From Vitrella brassicaformis CCMP3155 (Eukaryota; Protista; Chromerida): a DNA stretch of 42,143 bases. A program made the translations under genes and the position numbers. Under the pieces are notes generated by a model. The model ran no database searches. It had not been told where the DNA came from and worked only from the letters and a program-made list of their open reading frames with translations. Below, one piece after another: positions 12,548 to 23,520 of the stretch (positions within the stretch are counted from its first letter, which is position 1; each line of letters begins with the position of its first letter). The DNA lies in the NCBI GenBank assembly GCA_001179505.1, contig CDMY01000615.1, forward strand, positions 1 to 42,143, in the 5' to 3' direction.

Positions 12548-12890
12548 GGCAGGGGTGAAGATAGTTCAGCATGCATGATTTCTATTGTGGTGTACCATTA
12601 TGTCCGTCAATGTGGTATATCTCTGTGATACCCACACACTCTCTTGCTATGAATGTCCTGCAGGGCCACTCAGCCGGAAACCTAGTTGAAGCACATACTG
12701 ATCTGCCCCGCCAAAAGGAACCTAAATGGGTATGTAATATATTTATTAGTTCCGCTTTTCTCGCGTAGTCATTCAGGCGGGTCCATATATGTCAGTCCAC
12801 ATTGGTTGGGTTGAGTAATGCATATGAGAATGCAAAGATGCAGCGACTTATTTGCTTTTTTCTTCCATGCCTACACGGCCAGGATCCTCT
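12548..12890 (+). repeat. Second copy of dispersed repeat family A
   Basis: Collinear with 8436-8793. Confidence 0.85.
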
Positions 12891-13256
12891 ACCGTGGAAG
12901 TTACATGTATAGAGAGTAGTGCAATCTAGCCAAGAAATGCAACGCTTCCTTAACCCTTTATGTAGCACCTATTTAGAGGAATGCCTCTGTACGCGCACCT
13001 ATGCAAGCACGCCTGGACTAGGGGGCATGCACGAACGATGACTGTCCATACACTTGTGCACGCACGCTTGGAGTTGGAGAGGGTGTATATGTAATGAGTA
13101 TCTCTGTGCTCAGTTCCCTCACAGGTTTTGCTACCACTGGGGATCCCCAGAAGCGTTCACCAGCAGAGATCTCAAAGGTCTTCACCTTGACGGAAGCGGT
13201 GCGCGTCCTCCGACGGGGATCGTTCTTCCCGGCGCTGGTGTGGGCTTTCCGCAGCC

Positions 13257-14179
13257 ATGGCGGACCAAGTGAGTGTGACGCACGTCGGGGGGCAAGCCAT
13301 TCAGCCAGGAATCGGCGGTCCTGACGCCTCACCTCTTCCCTCGGTTGTGTGTGCCGTGATGCAGGCATCCAACAAATCTGCCCGCAACACCGATGGCGGC
13401 GCTAGATGCTGCCAGAAAGACAACAGAGGGCCCATCCGTGACCTCAGTGCAGCTAGGGAGCAGTTGTTCGACCTCACAGCAGCTGCCGCGCTCCTCGGAT
13501 CAAGGGGTAAGTGTTCATGCGCATCTCAGTGGTTGATGCCTTCGTTTGTCTGTTTGTCTGTCTGTCTGTCAGCCGTTGGGGTCTACAACATGGAGGTGCA
13601 GGGAGAGAAAGAGGTGGAGCGGGTTTTCAAGAGAGCCGCCAAGTGGCCTCACCTCGTCATCCCACGGGCGGTGGCGATGGCCGACGGCTATTACGTCAAG
13701 ATCTTCTGCGGTCAGCCTCACCACTCATCCGCCCACACGGGCTCTCTCACTTTCTTTCCCTCGCTGTTTGTATATGTATGTCTGCAGATACCAGTCAGAA
13801 GTTCCTGGATTCGCTCAACAGGCACGTACCGCAAGTCTCCAACCCGACTGCGGCCTTGCCGCTGTCGACTGCCGGCGCAACTGTCGACACAAATTCAGGC
13901 CCGACACCATCGACACCACCGAGACCACCGACACCACCGACCCTACAGGGCGGTCATCGTGTTCCAGGTGTCGCAGCTAGTCAACGACTCACCCGCACAC
14001 GCGCACTCTCACTCGTACACACTCTTTCTCCGTGTGTTTGCATGCCTCCTGGGCCACCCACGCCATCGGCGGCCCCACTGCTGACAGACCGCCCCATGTC
14101 GAGGGCGAGGAGGCCACCACCGCTACCACACACGAAGGACGCAGCGAGGGGCGTCTGTGTGCCACTGTCGGCCCGCTGA
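13257..14179 (+). CDS. Spliced hypothetical protein with a Pro-rich C-terminus and a possible RRM-like middle
   Basis: ATG in GCCATGG context. Phase-compatible GT-AG introns at 13269-13364, 13507-13572 and 13711-13787 give MADQASNK..LLGSRAVGVYNMEVQGEKEVERVFKR..GYYVKIFCDTSQKFLDSL.. The 3' end of the model is uncertain. Confidence 0.55.
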
Positions 14180-14549
14180 ATAGATACATAGAAAGATGGA
14201 TAGATAGATTAGATTCATGCCAGGGATGGACGGCTGATGAATGGGAGAGAAAGGGTCAATTGGGGGGATGTGTGTGTTGGCTGGCTAGAGCTACTGTAGT
14301 GTGATGTATATCTAGTGCGTGTGTAGACGCATGCGCATGGCGCACGGACCTGTGTGTGTATATGGGCGTTGAATTCTCACACACCACGGCACGAATCGGT
14401 CCATCCATCCAGCTGAGCAATGGTCCCTCCACCCCTTTCCCATCTACGTCTGTCTGTCGGCCGAGCTAGCTAGATGTACACTCCCGCACACGGGAAAATA
14501 CGTCCGTGGACACATGAGTGCATATGCTGCTGCACTCCTCTGCACACCC

Positions 14550-17306
14550 TCAATCATCTGTGTCCATGTCCACCACCACCGCATCCTCTCCTCCTCTCCC
14601 CTTGTTGGTGCTCGCCACCGACACCTTGCCCTTGAGCCCCCCCACGCCCCTCAGGCTGCTGCCGTGCCTCCCGCCGCCCCCTTTGCGCTTGGACACAGAT
14701 CGGCGGACCATGCGGTGCTCGCCGTCAGAGTCGTTGCTGCTGGTGTTGTTGAGTTTGGCCATGAGTGCCTTCATGTTGGCGGTGCGATTGCTGGGCGGCT
14801 GCGGAAAGTAGGCCATCGGGCGCAGGGAGCGGGGCTGATTGAGAAGACAGACAGACAGAATGCAGGAAGGTGTGTATGTGGGCATGTGCATGGATGGTGC
14901 GGTGGTGTGTTGTCGCGTCATTCACCTTTGTGCTGGTGTGCGTGTGTGGGGCAGCAGGTGGCGAGTCGAGGTTCATCAGACGGTGGGGCCTACACAAGCC
15001 AACAAAGCACATACCCATGCCCAGACACGTACCTACCTACTTACCCACCTACCGTTTGGGCGAGTTCTGGTGGTGCTGTTCTCCGTCGGAGGTGATGCCG
15101 TTGTCCACCCGCACCACCCCGACCACTCCCACAGTGCCGTCGACGTGCATCGGCTCACCGACAGGCAGATCGTCACACAGAGCACCCTCACACACACTCC
15201 CAACACCTGCAGACAGACATCCAGACATACATGTAGATGAGCTGACTGAGACATATCGGTGTGTCTGTTTGTGCTCTTGCTGCTCTTGCGATTGGCTGAC
15301 CATCTTGCGCCGATCCCACGTCGGTCATTTGGTCGTCACCGTCGTCGGTATCGGGCGTCTTGAGCTTCCCCTCCACACCGTCGGCACCGCTGCACCACAA
15401 ACCACACACAGAATGGATACATACCTGCCTCTCTGTTCACGGCAAGGCTTACTTGTCCTTCTTGTTGCGATTCTCTTTCCCTTTCGCTTTGCCCTTGCCC
15501 TTCCCCCGTCTGTTCAGCCGGACGCCCCTGCCGGTGTCTCGTGGGGTCTTGCTGATCGTCCGCTGCATCACCTCCCGGTAGGTCTCGCCCAGCGGCGGCT
15601 CGTCGTCATATCCGTCCCGCATCATGTCGGTTTGGGGGGGCATGTCGATCTGCGGCTGCGGCAGCTCGGCAGCTGAGGGGTCCAAGGGGGGGAGGGAGGG
15701 GGAGATCCGCACTCACCGAGGCCACGATGGGGCACACAACCGTGACTGACACACAGACAGAGAGAGGGGAGGAGAGAGAGAGATGGGATGTCTTCATGTG
15801 CATGTGTTTTCCATTTGTGTGCGTCATCTCTTGCCTGCCTGCCTCCTTCCCTCCCTCTGTGTCTTTTCCTTACTGTCGTCGATTTTGCCGCCCTGCTGCT
15901 TGAAGTTCCTGAGCCGGTGTGGCGGCAACTCCTCCCTGCCTTTGTCACAGAAGGGCGTGCGGAAGAAGGGGCACACACTCGACACGAACGCGGCGTGGCA
16001 GATCTTCTGCGCGTAGTCCGCTGGGCTGCCAGGGGCAGGTGTCTCGATGTGATCCATACGGGCGACAGCGTTGATGAGAGACGTGACCTCACTCTCGTAG
16101 GGGTTGTCAAACACACCGTCGGACGCTGCCAGGATGACGTCTCCCTCCTGCAGCGGGATGTCCGCTCGACGGACAAAGCGGTGGAGCCCCTCGAGGGTGC
16201 TGGGGGAGACTGCACCGAGACATACACACACATACACACACACACACATTCGCTCACTCACAGAATTGTGTGCGCGGTGCGTAAAGTGGCTTACAGAGCA
16301 TTGGTTCGTCGAGGACTAAGTCATCGTCCTCATCGACGTCGTAGACCCTGGCGATCTGATAGGGAGTGTTGAACCTGAGTGAGGGCACCACACGCACATA
16401 GGAATTGTGCCCGCCCCACTGCCCCCATCCATCCACTGTTTGTGTGCTGCACGCTCTCTCTCTCTCCCACCGGCTGCAGCCGGCCGGCGAGAGGTAGATG
16501 AGGTTGTATCAGTCGTCACTGCCGTTGCCACGACGCCACACGCCGATGAGGGAGTCGCCACACACACACACGCTCAAGATGTTGGGATGAACCAACGCGC
16601 CAATCACTGCATCAAAGAACAGCAGAGAAAAGAACGACAGAGGGCTACGTGTGTGGATGTGTGGATGTGTGTGTGTGTGTGTGTGTGTCATCTACCGGCC
16701 ATGGTGGCGCCCTTCTTGTCCGTCGACCGCGTCAGCATCTGCTCCCACCCTCCCTCCAACACCCTGACGACCACACAGCACACACACAACACACACGCAA
16801 CACTCCAGGAATACCTTTTGCATGAGTGGTTTTCTCGTTTTGTGACTCACTTGAGTGCGCGATGAGCTGTGTTGCCGTCTATGTGCTGTGTTTCCGCCAT
16901 GCAGTGCTGCGCCAGACACCGAGCAAACGCCTGAGAGTCACACGGACCTCTCACACCACCTAAACACACAAGCAACAAACAACACATTGCAACACCGACC
17001 GGAGCAGCCCCGTTGATTCATCTCACAGCCGCCCATGCAGTTTCTCCCATCCCCGTGTGTTGGCTGCTTACCGACGCCGTCGAAGACGCCCAGCCCATCA
17101 CACCGTGCGAAGAATGCATCTTGACGGCTCCCATAGTCGTTTTTCGAGAGCTGCCGCGCCGCTGTGTTGAATTGGAGTCGTGTTTTCTTGACGGCGGGCG
17201 GCGGCGGCAGGGTGGGCGATGGGTCTGAGGGCTGGGCTGGCGAACTGGCATCAAGGTGGTGACGCTGCGCCTCGGATGAGGACGCGTTCACTGCACACTG
17301 TGGCAT
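14550..17306 (-). CDS. PTC7: PTC7-like PP2C/PPM phosphatase with a long low-complexity C-tail; in-frame TGA in exon 4
   Basis: Exons 17306-17072, 16959-16851, 16763-16696, 16606-16471, 16374-16262, 16209-15874 and 15745-15717 splice in phase. They give RQDAFF..GVFDGVGG, GATMA, CGDS, FNTPYQ, GDVILAASDGVFDN and GGKIDDITVV, the PTC7 signature motifs. The tail exons (about 15655 to 14550) are less certain. Confidence 0.85.
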
Positions 17307-17476
17307 TCAGACGGAAGGCTATCTCACAGAGAGTGTGTGACGATGAATGCGGCTCTGCTGGAGCGAATGGCAGAACCAAAACCACGCCCGCCACCTTTCC
17401 CTGCGAGCTTTTGAGCTCTCTACATTCGACCGAAGAAGGCAGATCTGCCACAAATCATGATGGATGTGGTCTGGGA
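17307..17476. promoter_or_regulatory. Putative bidirectional promoter / shared 5' region
   Basis: Only 170 bp separate the divergent ATGs of the PTC7-like gene (17306, minus) and UBIAD1 (17477, plus). The gap is 272 bp if ATG 17579 is used. Confidence 0.5.
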
Positions 17477-18973
17477 ATGAAGCTATTAGTCATCTGTATC
17501 GTCTCATCATCGTTTCTATCAACGTCCGCACTCCCACCCCCGTCGCTGCGCCGCTCCTCCCTTCCCTCGCCAAGAACCATGACCGTCCCCGTGCGGCGCA
17601 CCGCCCCGACCAAACAACCGCCCACGGCCACCCCTGTTCCAGCGGATGATCAGAAATGCTCCTCCCCACCGCCTCCCACGCCCACCGGGCAAGTTGCGGC
17701 TCACTACGTGATAGAGGCCTTCCGCCCCTGGTCGCTCAGCCCGACCTTGTGCACGTCTGCTCTGGGGGCTGCGGTGGCGTGGCGGTCGGAAGGCATGTTC
17801 AGCCTGCCGGTGTTTCTGCTGCAGTTGGCCGTGTGTGCGGCGCTGCAGAGCGTCGCCAACCTCCTCAACACCTACTTCGACCACAAGAAGGGCTTCGACA
17901 CCAGGGAGCACAACGCCGACCCGACCCTCGTTGAGGACAGGCTCACTGTCATACAGGTGTGCTTCACTGGAGGAATGCATGAACACAACACGTGTCCGCA
18001 ACACACATAGCCTGTCGGGTTGTCTGTCTGTGTGTGTGTGTCAGGTTCTCATACTGATGGCTGGCTCGTGGTTGGTCAGCGGCATTGCCGGCGTGCAGCT
18101 GGCCCGCCTGGCGCCGCCGGGAGTGGACCCGCTCACCCTGCTGCTCTTCATCGTCGGCGGGGCCTTCATCGCGTCCATCTATTCGGCCCCTCCTGGCCTC
18201 AAGTACATCGGCCTGGGCGACGTGGGTGTGTTCGCTGCCTGGAGCCTCCAGGCCCTCTTCTCGTTCTTCGTGCAGGTCAGTCAGCAGGGTCGGGACACAC
18301 ACAATCGGTGTGATATGGTTTGGGATGTGTTGGTGTGGTGTGTCAGACGGGCAAGTTATCGCTACTGCCTTTTTGGCGTGCACTGCCTCTCGTCCTGCAC
18401 ACGGTGGCCATCCTCCACGCCAACAACACACGGGACATCAAAAACGATCTCAGTAACGAGGCGCACACAAAACACACACCCCACACCCGTCACACGACTC
18501 CACACACCATCACACCCTCGTCGGGCTGTCTTGTGTTATGTTGTGTTGTGTGCAGATGCGGGCGGGAGGACGTTGGCGGCGGTGGTTGGCTTGGATGCGT
18601 CGGTGTGGCTGTACAAGGCGCTGGTGATCGTGCCTTACGGATTGGCGATGATCCGCGTGCTGATGACCAATCTCTGGTACGCCCTGCCACTCATCACCAT
18701 GCCCATCGCCAAGGGACTCGTCAAAAGGTATCCAATCCATCCAGCCAGCCAGCCTGACTGACCTGGTGTCGTGTGTGTGTGTGTGTTGTGTTTAGGTTTG
18801 AGGGTCGTCACTTCAAGAGTGGTGTGGTGGAGGACACGGCCAAGATGCAGCTGCTGTTCGGCGCCCTCACGTGCATAGCCGAGGCCAACAAGCCCATGAT
18901 ACCCCTACACGCCCTCGTCATCGTCGTCATGAAGCAAATGGCCGAACGGATGGTCGACAAGCAGCAGCAGTAA
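17477..18973 (+). CDS. UBIAD1: UbiA-family prenyltransferase, UBIAD1/MenA type; apparently intact, 5 exons
   Basis: Exons 17477-17956, 18045-18275, 18347-18452, 18556-18727 and 18796-18973 are in phase. Motifs RPWSL, ANLLNTYFDHKKGFD, LKYIGLGD, AILHANNTRDIKND and TAKMQLLFG match UBIAD1. Alternative start at 17579. Confidence 0.9.
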
Positions 18974-19416
18974 CGGCGGCCGATGTGTGTCACGTGTATG
19001 GGCTGGCTGGCTGCATGCGTCTGGGTGGAGGGGTCGTGTCGTGTGTATGGTTGTTTTTTCTCATGGAGCAGCCGATGCTCTTATCGCTCATGCCATGGTG
19101 AGAGGCATTGAGAGCTCTGTCAATCGAGACGAGCATGGTGTCGTGTGGGCGTGTGTGTCACTGCGGTCTTGCGTCTGCAAACAAGTAAGTGTGTGTGTGT
19201 GTGTGTGGTAGACACAGGATCTGTCTGTCTGTCTCTCTGTCTGTGTCTGATTTATAATGTGTGAATACGGTGATTTTTTGCCAGCTGCAATGTGGGATGA
19301 AAAGGACCTGAAACAGCTAATCGTTGCAATGAATGAGTCCCACGGGGCAAATTCTCCCATGCATCAAAGAAGTGCTCATCAACGCAGTCATTTCTGTACT
19401 GCTGATGTGCTCTTAG

Positions 19417-22400
19417 GAGAGTGCAACCAGCCGTTGCTTGAGTGAGGTGGAGGTGACTGACTTGATTGCGTCGAAGAGGGTGCCCGAGCTCGACAGCATC
19501 GGCAGTGCACTCCTGTGGTCACTTTGCCACCAGCCGACACATGGCCCGCTAGAAAACTTCATTCTTAAGCACAGGTCAGAACAACATATGATACCAACAA
19601 GATGGGTCAGTCAGATTCTCTTGTCGTTGCAGATCTGCCCTGGTGGAGAGGCGTGTGTCGGTGCTGCATTGTGTCGATCCCCTCACTGGCTCCCGGCAGT
19701 TCGTGAAAGTCACCATCCGCGACAAAGGCGACATATACCGAGCCCTGGAGGCCCCCAAGGCTGTCCACAAGCCGAAGTGAGCAGTGCACACACGACCTTT
19801 CACCCATCAGCTCATGACTCATTGTATCCTGCTGGCCGTTCCAGGTGGTTGGCTTGCCAACTCACGTCCTTCCTCTGCGCCAGTGGTGGAGTGCGCAACC
19901 TTACGTCGTCCGCGCTGCTGGTCAATTCCTTCAGGACATTCTGGGCCAACCTCAAAGCGGCATCACAACAACAGCAGGACGGCACAGTCAGCACGTCGAT
20001 CCCGCTCTTCAGCGCACTCTGTTCGATCTCCTGCTGGCCCTTTCCCCTCCCATCGGTACATCCATGGACATCACTCCCCCCTTCTTGCTGGCGCCACTGA
20101 AGGCACTCATGCCGGACTGGGAAAAGCAAAGCGCCCCATTCCTGCGCCGCCTCCCGCATGCGGCTCACCACCGGCTATTTGCCTTGTCGTGGGCCCTGGA
20201 TCTGCCCATGTGGATAGAGGCGTTTCGAGAGGTGGCTGAGGTGTCGTGTTCCAACGAGGCGCTCACAGAGCTGGCAGACAGCAAGACTCCGGCGGGCAAT
20301 GTGAGAAAAGAGGACGCGGGGGGAGTGAGGTTCCCGAAGAAATAAATAAAGTGGTCGAGAAACCTGGAGCTCCCATCCAGCCATCTGCTTCCAATGCACA
20401 CCGACAGAAGTGCTGGTAAGGAGAAACACACGTCACTGGGCAGAACGAGCCCCGTGATGTCGATCATCTGTTCGTTTCAGGGCTGTAATTGAGAGCATCC
20501 AATCGAATCTGGATTTGGAGAGTCAGTTACGGGCCGTGCAAATGTCGCCCGAGCTGCGGACGCACCTGGAGCACAGCATCGACGAGGCCCAGAAGCGGCA
20601 GGGCAGGATGCTGCAGAAGATCAGCACCGACCTTTACGAGAAGGCTTTCCACTTTATCTTTGAGGTGAGACGGATGGTGGATGCACAGCCGCTCCGCACC
20701 GGGCAGCTCGAGCTCCCGTGCCTTGTCCTGTGTGTGTACAGCTCATTCAGAACGCCGACGATAACCATTATGATGATGGTGTGACACCCAGTCTCCAGTT
20801 GACCCTTTCTCTGGACCGCATTCGGCTGTTCAACAACGAGAAGGGCTTCAACGAGAAGAACATTCGCGCCATCTGTGACGTCGGCTCATCGACCAAGTCG
20901 CGCAAGAGGGGCGAGAGTGGACTTATTGGGCGAAAGGGCATTGGCTTCAAGTCCGTCTTCAGTGTCAGCAACACGCCCCACATCTACTCGAACGAGTGAG
21001 TTTTCGCTATGGTTCGACGCAACGGACAAACGACTTGGATACATCCTGCCGCACCATGGTGAGTGGGGTAGGGCAGTGTGATAGAGTACCACATCCATAT
21101 TTACGTCTCTTCAGGCCAAGACCCCGTTGTTGAGCCGTCAGATGGCGAGCTGCTTTTCGACATCTCTGTCGAGAGTGACAAGCGCCTCAAGGCCTCCGCC
21201 AATAGCTGGACGACGTTGATCGACCTGCCCTTCAAGGAACACACGCGCTACCAGCAATCCTTTCTCGAGAAATGCACCAAGGAGCTCGGCAACATCCACC
21301 CGCCCCTTCTGCTCTTTTTGAATCGTCTGCAGCGGCTGTCGATTGTCAACCGAGTCACGGCCGAAAGCCGGAGGCTGGTGCGCCAGGACCATGCCCAGCT
21401 GCTCACCTCATCGCTCTGCCTGAGTGTCGAGACCGACGCGGAAATCATTCGTCTGGTGGAGGATGACGAGAACCAGTGCTGGCTGGTGGTGCGGCACCAG
21501 GACTGGCTGGCCGTGCGGCAGCAGAGATTGCCCACTCTGACGGCGTGGCGGCTCAAGGGCGGAGAGCGGCTCAAGAGTGAGGATCAGAACGACAGTGACG
21601 ATGGGGTGGAGCCTACCGTCATTCCGGTGGCGGTACCGCTCAAGGCTGACGGCGAAATGGACCACCAGCCGGTTTGTGCCTACTTGCCTCTCACCGCTCG
21701 GCCAATGAAGATGACGCTGCAGGCCGACTGGACCGTCACGAGCAGCCGAGAAACGGTGAAGGAGGACAATGTGTGGAACCTATGGCTCCGCGACGAGTTC
21801 GCATCACTGCTGGTCGACACCGTGGTCGTCCTCAAGAGCATCATGACCAGCGACAGTCCGGACATCCACCTGCCCCCCGACTTCCTCTTTCGCCTCCTGG
21901 CTCTCTTCCCCGACCTGTCCGTCGACAGGAGCAGTTGGTACCATCCAGTTGTCGAAGGTTTCCAGTCCCGACTCAAGAAGGGCATTGCGTGGGTACTGAC
22001 GGCAGATGGCGAGTGGCACGAGCCCTCCAGCTGCTTGCTCGTGCCGTCGGGCAGCCTCGACGACCTGATGAGCATCATTCCCCCAGCCGATCTCTATGAG
22101 TCAATGCAGCTCAAGTACGTCCACCGCGCCATCGCCCAGCTGCTCGAGCGACAGGGCAATATCGACACAAGGGGACGCCAGCTGGGCATGGCTGTCGGCT
22201 CTGCATCGTTCTTCTTCAACTACCTCGTGAGACTTCACGAGGCGGGCAAGCTGGTGGAGAAGCCCATCGACTGGCTGGGCAAGGTCTTCCTCGTTCTCCA
22301 CACCGCCACTACCGGCACGCGGCACAACACCAAGGAGAAAGCCAAGCACATGGAGCAGATGAAGGCGCTGCCACTCGTGCCCATCCGTGGAGGTGAAGGC

Positions 22401-22990
22401 ATGGCGGCCAACGAATGTCAGCTCTTCCTGCCGCGATGGGAGGGTGAGTTTGATGTCGAGAGGTTCTCGCTGTGGCATAACTGTGGCGTGCATTGGTGTG
22501 CCGAGAGCCACCAGTCCCAGTACGCCTTCGAGCTTCAGATGCCCACTGTCGACCCGGCGTTGTGGGTGGGGCGGGACGACGATGAGAAGACGCGGATCGT
22601 TGAAGTGCTGGGACGGTAAGCAGGCAACAGCACGCGCATTGAAGCGACATGAGCGCGCTTTGTCTTCTGTGTGCTGTGGTACAGTTTTGGTGTGAAACAC
22701 GCCACGGATGAGCTGTTGATCGCCTTCCTTGCGCAACACTTGAATGACGAGACGGACGCCCAAGTGACCATACGGCCAGGCAGACACGCCGACGAAGTGC
22801 ATCTCATATTGGTCATGTGGTGGTGTGCAGGTGTGGGCCAGCGTCTCGTGCTATCTCCTGAACCTCGGTGGCCACAAGTTTCTTGCATCGCTACCAAATC
22901 GCGAGGCTGTCGAAAGCTTCTCGTGTCCCTTCGGCTCATCTGCACCTACGGCACTCTCAACCCACATGATGACCTGCCCGCCAGAATGAA
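19417..22990 (+). pseudogene. NO VEIN / sacsin-like GHKL (HSP90-like) ATPase, frameshifted and 3'-truncated
   Basis: Motifs DLYEKAFHFIFE|LIQNADDN, NNEKGFNEKNIRAICDVGSSTK, IGRKGIGFKSVF, LLLFLNRL and AYLP..LQADWTVTSSRE. Frame breaks near 19990, near 20320 and at 20994-21001 (GAGT duplication). The reading ends at a retroelement remnant near 23.0 kb. The true 5' end was not located. Confidence 0.8.
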
Positions 22991-23058
22991 GCCGATCCCC
23001 ACTGACCAGCCCAACTCTTACGTCCGGCTGGTGCTGGCCAGTCCCCTTACACGCCTAC

Positions 23059-23520
23059 TCACAGGGGGGCACCCTCAGAGAATGAGAGGCTCCCGAGGCA
23101 CGAACTTCCCGGCCTCATCCCCCCAACGCCCCCTCTGATACAGCCAATGCCACCGGCCCTTCCTCCTGGGCCGCCGCAGACACGCAGAACCGAGCGAGCT
23201 AGGCACACTGACAGCCGCGCACGAATCCATTGCTCCACTCGGCCAGTGCCGTGCTTGTCCCACCCGCCCCTCTGGTTGATGAGCTCGGCCAAGCGACGGA
23301 TGAAGCCGTCAGCCTCCCTCCCGTAGACGCCGTCACACGTCACGATGAATGCCGTGAAGTCCATGCGGTTGAGCCGACACACGTCAAGGTGGTGGTCTTT
23401 CTTGAGCTTCTCCCTCTCGCGGGTGATCGCGCCGGTGGTCTTGCCCTGGTTGCAGCGAGCGTGTGCGCACACCTTTGTGAGCATCTCTCTTGACGTCTAT
23501 CGAGAGGCAGGTCGAGCGAC
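23059..23520 (-). mobile_element. 3' remnant of a CRE-like non-LTR element (RLE domain)
   Basis: EREKLKKDHHLDVCRLNRMDFTAFIVTCDGVYGREADGFIRRLAELI..WIRARLSVCLAR matches the CRE C-terminal pattern (F+PF+V+.DG..G.EA..F+.RLA..W.R.RLS). Confidence 0.8.

Noticed and set aside
14200-14549. SECIS element that would make the PTC7 TGA a selenocysteine
   Set aside because: No ATGA/AA/GA kink-turn pattern was seen by eye, and the position is not a known catalytic Cys in PTC7. A formal search is still needed.
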